A stretch of 64,000 nucleotides of DNA, taken from IMG/VR virus record IMGVR_UViG_3300017963_000257, positions 1-64,000 of that record. One strand, written 5' to 3'. The notes beneath the pieces were generated by a model, which saw nothing but the letters and a program-made list of their open reading frames with translations, did not search any database and had not been told where the DNA came from. Shown here piece after piece: positions 10,287 to 20,000 of the stretch. The stretch is from a virus. Both the position numbers and the translations under genes were made by a program. Within the stretch, counting starts at the first letter, position 1; every line of letters starts with the position of its first letter.

Positions 10287-11807
10287 ATGAGCACAAATTT
10301 TGATATTGCGGCCCACGATGAGTTCTTTGGGGTTACACCAGAAGAACGCGAATCTTTCGCTACGAAAGATGATCGCAAAAAGCCGGGCGGATCCAATGCT
10401 GGCACTTACAAAAAGGGACCGTTCTGCGGACCAAGCGGCGGGGCCCCAAAAGGCACATACCCGGTGGATACCCGAAAAAGGGCCATTGCCGCCATTGCTT
10501 ATGCGCGTCACGCACCTAACCCTGCGGGAATTAAAAAGTGTGTTTGCAGACATTGGCCGGACTTGCCGGCCTGCAAGACCAGCAAGAAAAAGGAGAAGCA
10601 GTCCATGGAAGTTGAAATGAAGGTCCCGAAGTCAGCCCTTCATTTTATGGATCATGAGGGGTTCGCAAGAGCTGTAAGCCGTGGCGACGAGGAAGGGTTC
10701 CAGATGGTTGCGTACAGCGGAGGGATAATCCCAAAGCATTGGTATTGGGGTGATCTCCTGATTGACCTGTCTGGAATGAAGTTTCCGAAATCAACCTATC
10801 CCATTCTCGAATCCCACGATACCAACCGTAAAATCGCATTTGCAAAAAAGCCAGACATTTCCATGGGGGCGATTGAGTTCAATTCGGCGCAATTTGTTGA
10901 CACTCCTGTCAGCGAAGAATTCCGAAAGCTATCGAAATTAGGCTTCCCCTATGAGGCAAGTATATACGCAATGCCAACAGCAGTCGAAAGAATTGAGGCC
11001 GGTGAATCCGGAGAGGCTAACGGCCTTACCGTGAAGGGCCCGGCGTCAATATGGCGGAAATCAGTATTCAAGGAAGCCTCTGTTTGTGTCTTTGGGTACG
11101 ACTCGAATACTCGGTCAACCGCTTTTGCGGATGAAGACGTTGATCTTACCGTCGAATCGGTCGGCGGTTTCCACAAAGAACAGGCCCAGAAGGGGGCCAC
11201 CAAAAAGGAGGTGAAGGTAATGCCGAACACCATTGAGGAACTCAAAGCCGAAAGCCCGGATTTGTATCAGGAAATCAGGGATGAGGCCGAGCGGGATCTT
11301 AAAGCCTCCTTCGAAGCCGTTAAGAAAGGCCTCGAAGACCAGGTTGCGGATCTCAAGGACCAACTTCAGCAAAAGGACGTGGAGAAGGAACAGTTGGAGG
11401 AGCGGATTCTGAAGTTGGAAAAGTCGGATTACATCCGCACGGAACAGGAGAAGCGCAACCGGATTGACAGTGCGGCCGACCGTATCTGGACCAGGGCACT
11501 TTCTGCGTGTGACATTCCTGAACACATGCACGAGAAGGTTCAGAAGATGGTCAAGGCCGATGCGTTTGTCAAGGACGGAGCACTGGATGAGGAAGTCTTC
11601 AGCCAAGCCGTCCAGGCGGAAATTGAGGAATGGGAAGGCAAGGGCATGACCGTATCCGTTCTGGGTACGGGCTTCAGTGGAGACAAGGACGGTCACGAAA
11701 CTGATCCTGACGCCAAAACTGCCAAGCAAATGGAAGAGGAAGACGACGCCTGGGTCAAGGAGATGCAAGCTCTCGGTGGCCAGGCAGAGGAAGGAGGTGA
11801 AGCGTAA
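10287..11807 (+). CDS. Prohead protease-scaffold fusion with extra N-terminal domain
   Basis: AYSGG..IDLSG..PILESHD, FPYEASI and KEASVCVFGYDSNT protease motifs; coiled-coil C-terminus. Confidence 0.8.
   Translation: MSTNFDIAAHDEFFGVTPEERESFATKDDRKKPGGSNAGTYKKGPFCGPSGGAPKGTYPVDTRKRAIAAIAYARHAPNPAGIKKCVCRHWPDLPACKTSKKKEKQSMEVEMKVPKSALHFMDHEGFARAVSRGDEEGFQMVAYSGGIIPKHWYWGDLLIDLSGMKFPKSTYPILESHDTNRKIAFAKKPDISMGAIEFNSAQFVDTPVSEEFRKLSKLGFPYEASIYAMPTAVERIEAGESGEANGLTVKGPASIWRKSVFKEASVCVFGYDSNTRSTAFADEDVDLTVESVGGFHKEQAQKGATKKEVKVMPNTIEELKAESPDLYQEIRDEAERDLKASFEAVKKGLEDQVADLKDQLQQKDVEKEQLEERILKLEKSDYIRTEQEKRNRIDSAADRIWTRALSACDIPEHMHEKVQKMVKADAFVKDGALDEEVFSQAVQAEIEEWEGKGMTVSVLGTGFSGDKDGHETDPDAKTAKQMEEEDDAWVKEMQALGGQAEEGGEA
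11220..11807 (+). CDS. Nested in-frame scaffold protein (internal start)
   Basis: AAGGAGGTG RBS at 11205-11213 before an in-frame ATG at 11220. Confidence 0.55.
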   Translation: MPNTIEELKAESPDLYQEIRDEAERDLKASFEAVKKGLEDQVADLKDQLQQKDVEKEQLEERILKLEKSDYIRTEQEKRNRIDSAADRIWTRALSACDIPEHMHEKVQKMVKADAFVKDGALDEEVFSQAVQAEIEEWEGKGMTVSVLGTGFSGDKDGHETDPDAKTAKQMEEEDDAWVKEMQALGGQAEEGGEA

Positions 11808-12502
11808 TGTACGGATCTCAGCCTTATGGAACTGTGTTGACGGGCGCAACTGATCTTCGCGCCCTGTTTAAAAGCCCCCCGGAGCAGGCAAGGATCAAGG
11901 ACATCTCCATCCCTGCCGGGTATGGTGTGATCCCTGCCGGTACCGCAATGGGGATCATTACGGAGTCCACGAATCGGGCAGGAATGTACGTCCCGTATGT
12001 GTGTGCCGATAACGGCCTGTCCGCTGGGTTGACCACCTACCCTGGACTTGCATACCTGACAGCAGACGTTTCTGCAAGCACAACGATCTATATGACCATG
12101 GATGACAGCTACAAGTTCGCGGTGGGGGACCATCTGGGTGGTGGTGACAGCACCTATGATGGCGCTTCAGGTATTGACTGCGGGGCCATTTCGTCCATTG
12201 ATCGAACCACGTATTCGCACATTGCGGCGATTGTGGTTGCGAATACGATTACAGCCTTGACCATGACCCTTGGTGCGTGCGTGTGGATCCAAACCAAAAC
12301 GGCAGCCCCATTTGTTCAAGCGAAGGGATTCCTTGCTGGCGCGGTTGATACCGGAACGGGCGAGAATGCAAAAGGCGGTCAGGGCAACTTGGTATTTGGA
12401 AACGCTGAACTTTATGAGGGAGCCTTGTACGGCTATGACGCTGAGGTTTTAGCTGACCTCAGTGGCGCAGCTGACATGGGCACGACCATCTATCTGCCGT
12501 AA
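11807..12502 (+). CDS. Head decoration protein (gpD-like) with insertion
   Basis: Between protease and MCP; AGYGVIPAGTAMG...YVPY motif. Confidence 0.65.
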   Translation: MYGSQPYGTVLTGATDLRALFKSPPEQARIKDISIPAGYGVIPAGTAMGIITESTNRAGMYVPYVCADNGLSAGLTTYPGLAYLTADVSASTTIYMTMDDSYKFAVGDHLGGGDSTYDGASGIDCGAISSIDRTTYSHIAAIVVANTITALTMTLGACVWIQTKTAAPFVQAKGFLAGAVDTGTGENAKGGQGNLVFGNAELYEGALYGYDAEVLADLSGAADMGTTIYLP

Positions 12503-12523
12503 ACTGGAAGGAGGTGAAGCAGA

Positions 12524-13747
12524 ATGACCATTCGAGCAAGTGATTTTCCTGATCTTCGACTTTCAAGACTTCAGAAACTCATCGAAACGTGGCAAACGCC
12601 TCCTTCGCTGTTTCTCTTGAAGTTGTTCGGTCAGGACAACTGGGAGTCTGACAACATCAAATGGGAAACCCAGATCGGAAACCGGGGTTTGACGCCTTTC
12701 GTAGCGCCCGGGTCTCCGTCCCCGACCACAGCCCCTATGGGCGTTGGCGCCGGGGCGGCCTTTGCGGCTTTCTGGAAGGAAAAGATTCCGTTCGGTGAGG
12801 AGTTTTTGAACAACCTTCGTGAGCCTGGAACGACCGCCAAGTACATGACGGCCAAGAAACGTATTGCCAAGGAAACCCAATCCCTGAAGAACCGTTCGGA
12901 GCGGCGCAGGGAATGGATGTTCGCAAAGATGATGTGCGGGGCCTCATTCACCTATTCGGTGATGAACGGCTTGAAATACACCATCGATTACAATGTCCCA
13001 TCTGACAACGTGGTCACCCTTGCGGCGGCCGATCAATGGGATGACGGTGCGAACGCGAACATCGTTGAGGACATCTTTGATGCCCGAAATGCGATGCGGA
13101 AGGCGAACGGCGGGATCATCGATTACGCCATCTTCACGACCGACGTTTTGAAGTACATGATTCTGGACACATCGATCCAGAACCTTCTCACGAAATCGGC
13201 CTTTGGAGACGGTGACCTTTTTACAAGGTCCGCACAAACCCTCGGCGCCCTCCTGAACATCAAGAACATGGTCGTTTACGATGAAACGTACCAGATAAGG
13301 TCATGGTTGACTGCGGTGGTGACTGCCGATTCGACCACCACGATCAGCGTGGACGATGCGACGGACTTCGAGGCCGGAGATACACTGTCCTTCTATGATG
13401 TGTCCGCTCGCACCAAGGAAGCGGAGACCATCTCAAGCGTAGACGTGCAGGCCGGTACCGTCACGGTTTCATCGGCGCCATCGACTTCCTACAAGTCGCA
13501 GGAAGATTACGTTTACACGAACAAAAACTACATTCCAACGGACAAATTCGTGATGTTCTGCTCTACCGTTGAGGACAACAAAATCGCTGAATTTGCCAAT
13601 GCACCGTTCGACCTGGATAGGCATTACGGCCTGAAGGTGGATAGCCATGTGGAATGGGATCCGGACGCTATTGTCGTTCGAGTCCAGAACAAGGGAATCC
13701 CGGTACTTTATCAGGAAGACGCCCTCTACATCCTGGATGTGGCTTAA
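12524..13747 (+). CDS. Major capsid protein (lambda E-like) with inserted domain
   Basis: LTPFVAPGSPSP, ERRREWM, IDYNVP, YIPTDKFVM and WDPDAIVVRVQ motifs. Confidence 0.85.
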   Translation: MTIRASDFPDLRLSRLQKLIETWQTPPSLFLLKLFGQDNWESDNIKWETQIGNRGLTPFVAPGSPSPTTAPMGVGAGAAFAAFWKEKIPFGEEFLNNLREPGTTAKYMTAKKRIAKETQSLKNRSERRREWMFAKMMCGASFTYSVMNGLKYTIDYNVPSDNVVTLAAADQWDDGANANIVEDIFDARNAMRKANGGIIDYAIFTTDVLKYMILDTSIQNLLTKSAFGDGDLFTRSAQTLGALLNIKNMVVYDETYQIRSWLTAVVTADSTTTISVDDATDFEAGDTLSFYDVSARTKEAETISSVDVQAGTVTVSSAPSTSYKSQEDYVYTNKNYIPTDKFVMFCSTVEDNKIAEFANAPFDLDRHYGLKVDSHVEWDPDAIVVRVQNKGIPVLYQEDALYILDVA

Positions 13748-13779
13748 CGCCCCTCCGGGGAGAAAGGAGGTGATTTCCG

Positions 13780-14259
13780 ATGGCAAAATCGAGAAAGTAC
13801 AAGGGACCAAATCCAAATCCAGGGTTTGCAAAGCAGGTAAACGAAGTCGTTGAACCCACGCTGAAAGCTGTTTTCTCCGGTGAGATTACCAATACGATAC
13901 GCGGTTATCCTCTGGGTGCTGCCAAGTATGCCGGTAATGTGTCGGATGTTTGGATGTCGGCTTTGGCAAGCGGGAAAGATGATTCCAACACGCTGCAGGT
14001 GGCCCTTGATGTAAAGATCAATGGCACAACCTGCCTGACAACCCAGCCGGTCATTGCACATGTATCCGGTGAAGCGTCAACAAACAAAACAACCAAAGAA
14101 AGTGGTGATACGGGTATCACCCAGGCGGCTCTCAGTTCGTCAAAGAGTTACTCGCCGGGCGATATGTTCACCTGCGATCTGGTGCTAACCAGAACTTCTA
14201 CGCCAACGACTGAGATGTCGAATGTTGCTGTGGTTGTGGATCTGGAACCCAGCAACTAA
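13780..14259 (+). CDS. Putative head structural protein
   Basis: Strong RBS; beta-rich; follows MCP. Confidence 0.55.
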   Translation: MAKSRKYKGPNPNPGFAKQVNEVVEPTLKAVFSGEITNTIRGYPLGAAKYAGNVSDVWMSALASGKDDSNTLQVALDVKINGTTCLTTQPVIAHVSGEASTNKTTKESGDTGITQAALSSSKSYSPGDMFTCDLVLTRTSTPTTEMSNVAVVVDLEPSN

Positions 14260-14462
14260 TCCCACAATCCTCTAAATTGCGAGGAAACGAATCATGGCTA
14301 TCCGATTGAATGTCTTTTGTAATGGACAGGTTGCGCAGAACCGCAACTATTTGGATAAGTTTGACCGAGTGAAATGGAACCCGGGAGCCGTCAAACGTGA
14401 CGCTCTCGGGATTCCTATTTCTTATGGTCGGAAAGATATGCCGATGAGGGAGGTGGGAAAGG

Positions 14463-14894
14463 ATGCCGACTTACAGAAATGATTCAACGACAACTACGTA
14501 CCGTATCCGGGACATAGACGGAAACCCCCAGAATGTCATTCCAGGGCACACCGTTCAGACGTTCGCAAGAACCGTTCCGGACGATTTCACGAAAACAAGC
14601 GATTCGCCTTATTGCGAGCGCAAAATATATGCGAGTGGCGAGGATGTGTTCACTGAAGCTGTTTGCCCGAAGGGCCACTTCAACACCAGTGTGAGCGGAG
14701 AGTTTACGGGGACCGTCCGACTGGAAAGATCATTCGATGGGTTTGCCACAGCCAAGACAATGGATACGTTCACATATCCGCTTGAGGATGACTACAACGA
14801 CGAGGACCCAAACGCACAGTACAGACTGGGTGCCAGAGCCAATGAAATCACGGCCGGGTGCGTTACTGTTGTATTGAGCCTCCCAGAAAGATAG
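14463..14894 (+). CDS. Putative virion protein
   Basis: SVSGEFTGTVRLERSFDG beta-sandwich pattern. Confidence 0.55.
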   Translation: MPTYRNDSTTTTYRIRDIDGNPQNVIPGHTVQTFARTVPDDFTKTSDSPYCERKIYASGEDVFTEAVCPKGHFNTSVSGEFTGTVRLERSFDGFATAKTMDTFTYPLEDDYNDEDPNAQYRLGARANEITAGCVTVVLSLPER

Positions 14895-14906
14895 GAGGGC
14901 AAGAGG

Positions 14907-16913
14907 ATGAAAAGGCTCTTTTCGACCATCATATTTTTCACAATCCTTGCGATTGCCGGGCAGGTTTTCGCAGAACGCCCATCTTTTATCAGAAACAGGG
15001 ATACCCCGCAAACGTATGCTGGTGAAGCCGGGAAGGTCCCTGTTGTCAAGAGCACTGAGGACGGGCTTGAGTTTACGGGTGGGCCTACTTGGACATCGTT
15101 ATCTCTCGACCATAACACTGAAACACTTACCGGAGATAAAACCTTTGCGACAACCGATGTCCCAGTGCATTTTCTTGATCCAGGCGGGGCAGATAGAAAC
15201 ATAAACCTCTTTGCTGAAACAGCTGGTAAAGACAGACAGTTCATTATCATTAATACTGCTGACGGCTCTGGAGAAGATCTTACCGTCAAGGACGATACAC
15301 CATCCACCCTTGGCATTATCGGCCCCAAAATGGGGGCGCTGGTTTCCTGCGATGGAACGTATTGGAAGATGGTGTCATTCGTCACAGGCGATGGCACAAC
15401 TCTCTATATTGACGGGGTAGCCGGAACAATTACGGTCAACGGTGCAACCATAGCAGGTGGGACCAATACCTTCTCAATCACCAATGGAACCGCCTCCCTG
15501 GATGTTGCGGCGGCGGCGGTTGTGGACATCGACAAGTCCCTGACCGTGGACGGTCAGAAGACCACGATTACAGGGGTAACTCAGGCAAACACCCTTACCC
15601 TGAACGAATCTTTTGCTGTCGGGGATGGATACAGTGGAACCCTGACGTTCTCGGGGTCTGGCAAGACGTTGACGGTGGAGGATACATCTGCTGTCAATCA
15701 AGACCTGACCACAGATGCTTCCCCAACATTCGTTACCATAGACCCCACAGGCGTAACCGACAATAACATCCCCAAGGTAGCGAGTGGCGCAGCGGGGTTT
15801 GCCGACTCCCCCCTGAGCACAGACGGAACCACAGTCTCAGCGACCGGACCTATCGCTTCCGGTGCTTCCCCAACCCCTACTACCAACTTCAAAGATAACG
15901 ACTGCGAAGATGGCGATGTCAATGCCAAGATTTATGGCAATCTGTCAGATCCATCGGCTGGTGCACAATATATGGATATGTTCTGGCAAGCCCAGATCAA
16001 TGGCATACTTACTACCTTCATGGCTTTTGATGCATCCGGTTCATATTTGTATTCGGTGTACGGTATTGGAATTGGAACAACAACCCCTGACACCCTGTTA
16101 GAAGTCAGTGAGGACAGTGCTGATTCGGAAGTAACCATATCGGCGTATCATGACACAGAAGCTACATCACCAACATTGGTTACAAGAAAAGCCGAAGGTA
16201 CGGAAGCCTCTCATGCCACTCCGGTAGATGATAACGCCGTTTTGGGCACATGGAAAATGCAAGCCTACGATGGAGATTCATGGGCCAATGGCGCATACAT
16301 TCAGGCTCGTGTGGACGGTACGCCAGCCGATGGTGATATGCCGACTGAGGTTGTGATTGCGACAAGTGCCTCTGGTTCTGAAACCCCAACAGAGCGGCTT
16401 ACAATCGACCCTGCTGGTTTAGTGAAAGTCACCACTGCAAACATAACTGCCGGATCTGGCTCTGGAGTAACGGTTAACAGCACGGGAAATCTTAATTCGC
16501 ATCTCTACAAAGTTACGACCACTTATGCTGCCTACTCGGATACGGATACCACCAAGGGGATTGTTATTGCTACCCTTCCGGCCAAGACCAAGATTATCGG
16601 ATTTTATGCAGACACGACTGCGGCGTACACTGGTGGTACTGTGTCAGCGGCCACGCTGGAAGTCGGAATCACGGCAGAGGGAGCAGCAGAGATATTAGCT
16701 GCTCACGATGTCCTTTCCGGCGCTGTCACGAAAGGTTTGGCAGATGCCGACATGGGTACAGGCATGACAAGGGCTGCGGCTATACAGGGCGGTTATCTGC
16801 CAAGCTGGACAGGAACCACTGAGATTTATGCAACGATTGACACGACAGACGGGAACACCAACGCTTTAACGGCAGGATCAACGACTTTTTATGTCGAGAC
16901 TGAAAGATATTAA
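14907..16913 (+). CDS. Fibre-like Thr/Gly-rich protein with Sec signal peptide
   Basis: MKRLFSTIIFFTILAIAGQVFA; GIGTTTP and ERLTIDPAG fibre motifs. Confidence 0.7.
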   Translation: MKRLFSTIIFFTILAIAGQVFAERPSFIRNRDTPQTYAGEAGKVPVVKSTEDGLEFTGGPTWTSLSLDHNTETLTGDKTFATTDVPVHFLDPGGADRNINLFAETAGKDRQFIIINTADGSGEDLTVKDDTPSTLGIIGPKMGALVSCDGTYWKMVSFVTGDGTTLYIDGVAGTITVNGATIAGGTNTFSITNGTASLDVAAAAVVDIDKSLTVDGQKTTITGVTQANTLTLNESFAVGDGYSGTLTFSGSGKTLTVEDTSAVNQDLTTDASPTFVTIDPTGVTDNNIPKVASGAAGFADSPLSTDGTTVSATGPIASGASPTPTTNFKDNDCEDGDVNAKIYGNLSDPSAGAQYMDMFWQAQINGILTTFMAFDASGSYLYSVYGIGIGTTTPDTLLEVSEDSADSEVTISAYHDTEATSPTLVTRKAEGTEASHATPVDDNAVLGTWKMQAYDGDSWANGAYIQARVDGTPADGDMPTEVVIATSASGSETPTERLTIDPAGLVKVTTANITAGSGSGVTVNSTGNLNSHLYKVTTTYAAYSDTDTTKGIVIATLPAKTKIIGFYADTTAAYTGGTVSAATLEVGITAEGAAEILAAHDVLSGAVTKGLADADMGTGMTRAAAIQGGYLPSWTGTTEIYATIDTTDGNTNALTAGSTTFYVETERY

Positions 16914-16916
16914 GCC

Positions 16917-18371
16917 ATGAAAAAATATCTCATAGCAATAGCCGTCCTGCTCTTCTCTGCTACATGGGCATGGGCGGGTATAGAAGCACCTGTAGACCAC
17001 TGGCCGCTGACTCAAGATTGGATGGAATCGAGTACGGTTGTCTCAGACGTAGGCACAGGTGGCAATCATGGGACGCTGGTGAATGCGCCGGTTGTGGGGG
17101 CCACTTATACAACTTTTGATGGTGTAAATCAAAATGTAGTTGCTGCATCAGTTTTTGGGGATGTTGATTTCAAGGCAACGGCATTTTCCATATCGATGTG
17201 GCTCAATCAGGATTGTTCTGATGGCGATTATAGCATGTTTGTTAATTTTGGGTGTGCAACTGGTACAAACTTCAGAATAATAGCGGTTATCAATAGTAAA
17301 ACCTACATTAAGTTTATATTCCATCGGGCAGACAATAATACGCTTGGCCGTATTGCTATTGAGGGATTAAACACTTTTACCTGCGGATCGTTGCATCATG
17401 TTGTCATCACACATAACGGTGGGGCACCAAGCACCACAAACACGAAGATTTACATGGATAATGTCGATGTTACAAATACGACAGGCGTTGGGACTTTTGA
17501 TGCCTATCAGGTAAATGCCATCAAAATATCATACGGCGATGCCAATGGTTTCACCGGCTTCATCTCCGATGGTCGCATCTACCCCCACGCCCTATCCGCT
17601 GACGATGTAGCCGCCCTGTACGCTCTTGGGCGAAATTCATTACCGGCAAGCGGGGGGAATACTGTGGAGGGCGTAACCACAAGCCTCGTCCAGTTCGACG
17701 ACCAGACCGCCTACATTGACGCTGCGGGGGATGGCGGGGAGTTTTTGTGGTTGCCAGACACAGACTTGAGCCAGTACTCTTCCCACACGCCACGGTATAA
17801 AGTCGTAGTCTATGATGTGACCAACGACAAGTACCTCATTGGCTATGCCGGTGCTGCTGGGGGCGGGGAGGCTCTGGGTGGAGATTTACTTGCTGGTTGG
17901 AATTTAACGGTGGGATGGACTGAATCAGCAGCAATAATAAACGATGCTGATACTTTCACTACCTTGGGTGCAGGTGCAATTTATAAAAATGCAAACGTAC
18001 TTTCTGCGAAAGAATTATATAAAATTTCCACAGTTGGTGCGAGTACAGCATCGACAGTGAATTGGTATGCCATGTATTATGGAGTTGGAATTTATTTAAT
18101 ATCAAGCGGCGTTACTGGGTCAGATTACCATACCGGATTGGCAAATTACACAAAACTATATATTAAAAACATGTCTGCCGGAGTAACTGATATAACTTCA
18201 ATGACTCTCAAGCGTGTCACCGACTGCGCCACAACCGGACTCCACATCTATGATGCAGCCACGGGCGGCTCACGGGGTTGGGCGTCTGCCGAGTCGGGTT
18301 TTGACTACAATGCAACCAATCTGCGGGTGATGATTTACCCCGCTGGCACGGGAAACGCAGTGAGTTTTTAA
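16917..18371 (+). CDS. LamG/ConA-like jelly-roll protein with signal peptide
   Basis: MKKYLIAIAVLLFSATWAWA; FSISMW, HHVVIT and ISDGRIYPHALSADDVAALY. Confidence 0.75.
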   Translation: MKKYLIAIAVLLFSATWAWAGIEAPVDHWPLTQDWMESSTVVSDVGTGGNHGTLVNAPVVGATYTTFDGVNQNVVAASVFGDVDFKATAFSISMWLNQDCSDGDYSMFVNFGCATGTNFRIIAVINSKTYIKFIFHRADNNTLGRIAIEGLNTFTCGSLHHVVITHNGGAPSTTNTKIYMDNVDVTNTTGVGTFDAYQVNAIKISYGDANGFTGFISDGRIYPHALSADDVAALYALGRNSLPASGGNTVEGVTTSLVQFDDQTAYIDAAGDGGEFLWLPDTDLSQYSSHTPRYKVVVYDVTNDKYLIGYAGAAGGGEALGGDLLAGWNLTVGWTESAAIINDADTFTTLGAGAIYKNANVLSAKELYKISTVGASTASTVNWYAMYYGVGIYLISSGVTGSDYHTGLANYTKLYIKNMSAGVTDITSMTLKRVTDCATTGLHIYDAATGGSRGWASAESGFDYNATNLRVMIYPAGTGNAVSF

Positions 18372-18396
18372 CCCATCAAAAATAGAAAGGGGAGCT

Positions 18397-18816
18397 ATGA
18401 GAGTACAACTTTTAACGTCGATTAAGGCGAGGATATCACAAGGAGAAGGAGAGGAACGCCAACTGCTATCAAAGACGTGGCCGAGAGATAAAATATTTGA
18501 CGATGCAAATGAATCCATCCCAGAGCCCATTCTTGAGCTGGTAAATTTAAAGGATCCATCCGTAATGGTATTGGGTGATCTTGGCAGTAACTCTCCCAAT
18601 GCTGAAAATGATCGTTTGAAGGCAGAGCTTGCACAGGCCCTGAAGATCATCGATGATCTTGAGAAAAAACTGGAAGCTGATGTTGAGGCTAAACCCAAAG
18701 AGTTTCCATGCCCTGTCAGTGGTTGCGATAAGGTCCTGCGGACACAGCAAGGCCTGAACAGTCACTTGACGCAGATGCACCCTGATTTCAAGTGGGACGG
18801 GCCTGAAGGAGATTAG
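18397..18816 (+). CDS. Coiled-coil protein with C2H2 zinc finger
   Basis: FPCPVSGCDKVLRTQQGLNSHLTQMH. Confidence 0.7.
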   Translation: MRVQLLTSIKARISQGEGEERQLLSKTWPRDKIFDDANESIPEPILELVNLKDPSVMVLGDLGSNSPNAENDRLKAELAQALKIIDDLEKKLEADVEAKPKEFPCPVSGCDKVLRTQQGLNSHLTQMHPDFKWDGPEGD

Positions 18817-19275
18817 ATGACCGAAGCTGAACTCATTGCCAGGGTTACGCGGGAAATCATGGGCCTATCGGACAGCTTTGATTCCGACAACTATGCCGAT
18901 GCCGTTGATATGGCCGAAGCCGAAACAGGGTTCACGTGCCCTGTTACTTCTTCTTTCCAGATTATGTGGCTGATCCAAAGAACCAAGCGAGCACTGTTCT
19001 TTATGTTGACTTCTGGCGCTTCCAAGAAGGTCCGATTCGAAGATGTCCACCGCCAGCAAGAGTTTGAAAACCTGCGCAAGCTTATTAAGGACATGGATGA
19101 TGATTTTGAAAGGGCCAAGAAGGACAGCGTATATGAGTTTGCTGGGGTTTCGGCCGTCCATATTTTCGGGACCAAGATTGACGCTGGCTTCCAGTATGAG
19201 GACAGAACTGGCGCCGAGGCTACTTACCGGGACGATAATAAGGTAATCGTGAGTCCCAGTGATGGGGAGTCATGA
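18817..19275 (+). CDS. Putative head-tail adaptor
   Basis: Size, helical pattern and synteny. Confidence 0.5.
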   Translation: MTEAELIARVTREIMGLSDSFDSDNYADAVDMAEAETGFTCPVTSSFQIMWLIQRTKRALFFMLTSGASKKVRFEDVHRQQEFENLRKLIKDMDDDFERAKKDSVYEFAGVSAVHIFGTKIDAGFQYEDRTGAEATYRDDNKVIVSPSDGES

Positions 19276-19360
19276 CCGCCCACAACCGAGATCTTTTGTT
19301 GTGGTAACAACCGTTAACGAGCAACTAACCCTTTAGCTTCTTCCATGAGGGAAGGGCTTC

Positions 19361-19981
19361 ATGACAATCGGATCAGAGATCACGAGTATGCTGGCAGGTG
19401 TGGGGGCGGCGTACACGATTGTACGCGATGCCGGAAACATATCCGGTGAATACGCGACTTACCGCCATACTTCCCAGGCCACAAAGCCGATCACGCTGGA
19501 GCATTTCAAGAGGGCCAGGATAGCATATAACACCTCCGCTGAGGCTGGGGATGTCATCGAGTTTGACGTGAGTACCGAACGGTTTCTCGTCACAAATATG
19601 CTCCCAAAGATATTTGAAGGAAACCTGGCGTGGTACGATTCCATCCTCTATAAGTGCAATGTCAACAGCGGCGAACTCATGCGGCCAAGCGGTGAAGTGA
19701 GAGACCCCAACACTTACCTGAAGGAGACACAGTGGCAAAGCGTCAAGGATAACTGTGATGCAATGCAGGTGGCGGCCCTATACGGAAACGAGCTGGAGGA
19801 TGAACAAGAGCTGGCCCTGTTGGGCCTATCCAAAAATGAGGTCTATCTGCCTCATTCATATGGGGCTCAAGTGCTCGACCGGTGGAAACCTGCATCCGGA
19901 GAATACTACCAGGTGAGCATAGTGGAAACGCGCCGGTTTCCTAATATAGACGTGTTAACCGTGGAGGAAGATCATAGATAA
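19361..19981 (+). CDS. Putative head closure protein
   Basis: Beta-rich; synteny. Confidence 0.45.
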   Translation: MTIGSEITSMLAGVGAAYTIVRDAGNISGEYATYRHTSQATKPITLEHFKRARIAYNTSAEAGDVIEFDVSTERFLVTNMLPKIFEGNLAWYDSILYKCNVNSGELMRPSGEVRDPNTYLKETQWQSVKDNCDAMQVAALYGNELEDEQELALLGLSKNEVYLPHSYGAQVLDRWKPASGEYYQVSIVETRRFPNIDVLTVEEDHR

Positions 19982-20000
19982 ACACCCATTGGAGGTGAAA

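Noticed and set aside
11115-11849. Long antisense ORFs over structural and GT genes (e.g. 11115-11849, 22791-23537)
   Set aside because: Shadow frames of well-supported + strand genes; no motifs
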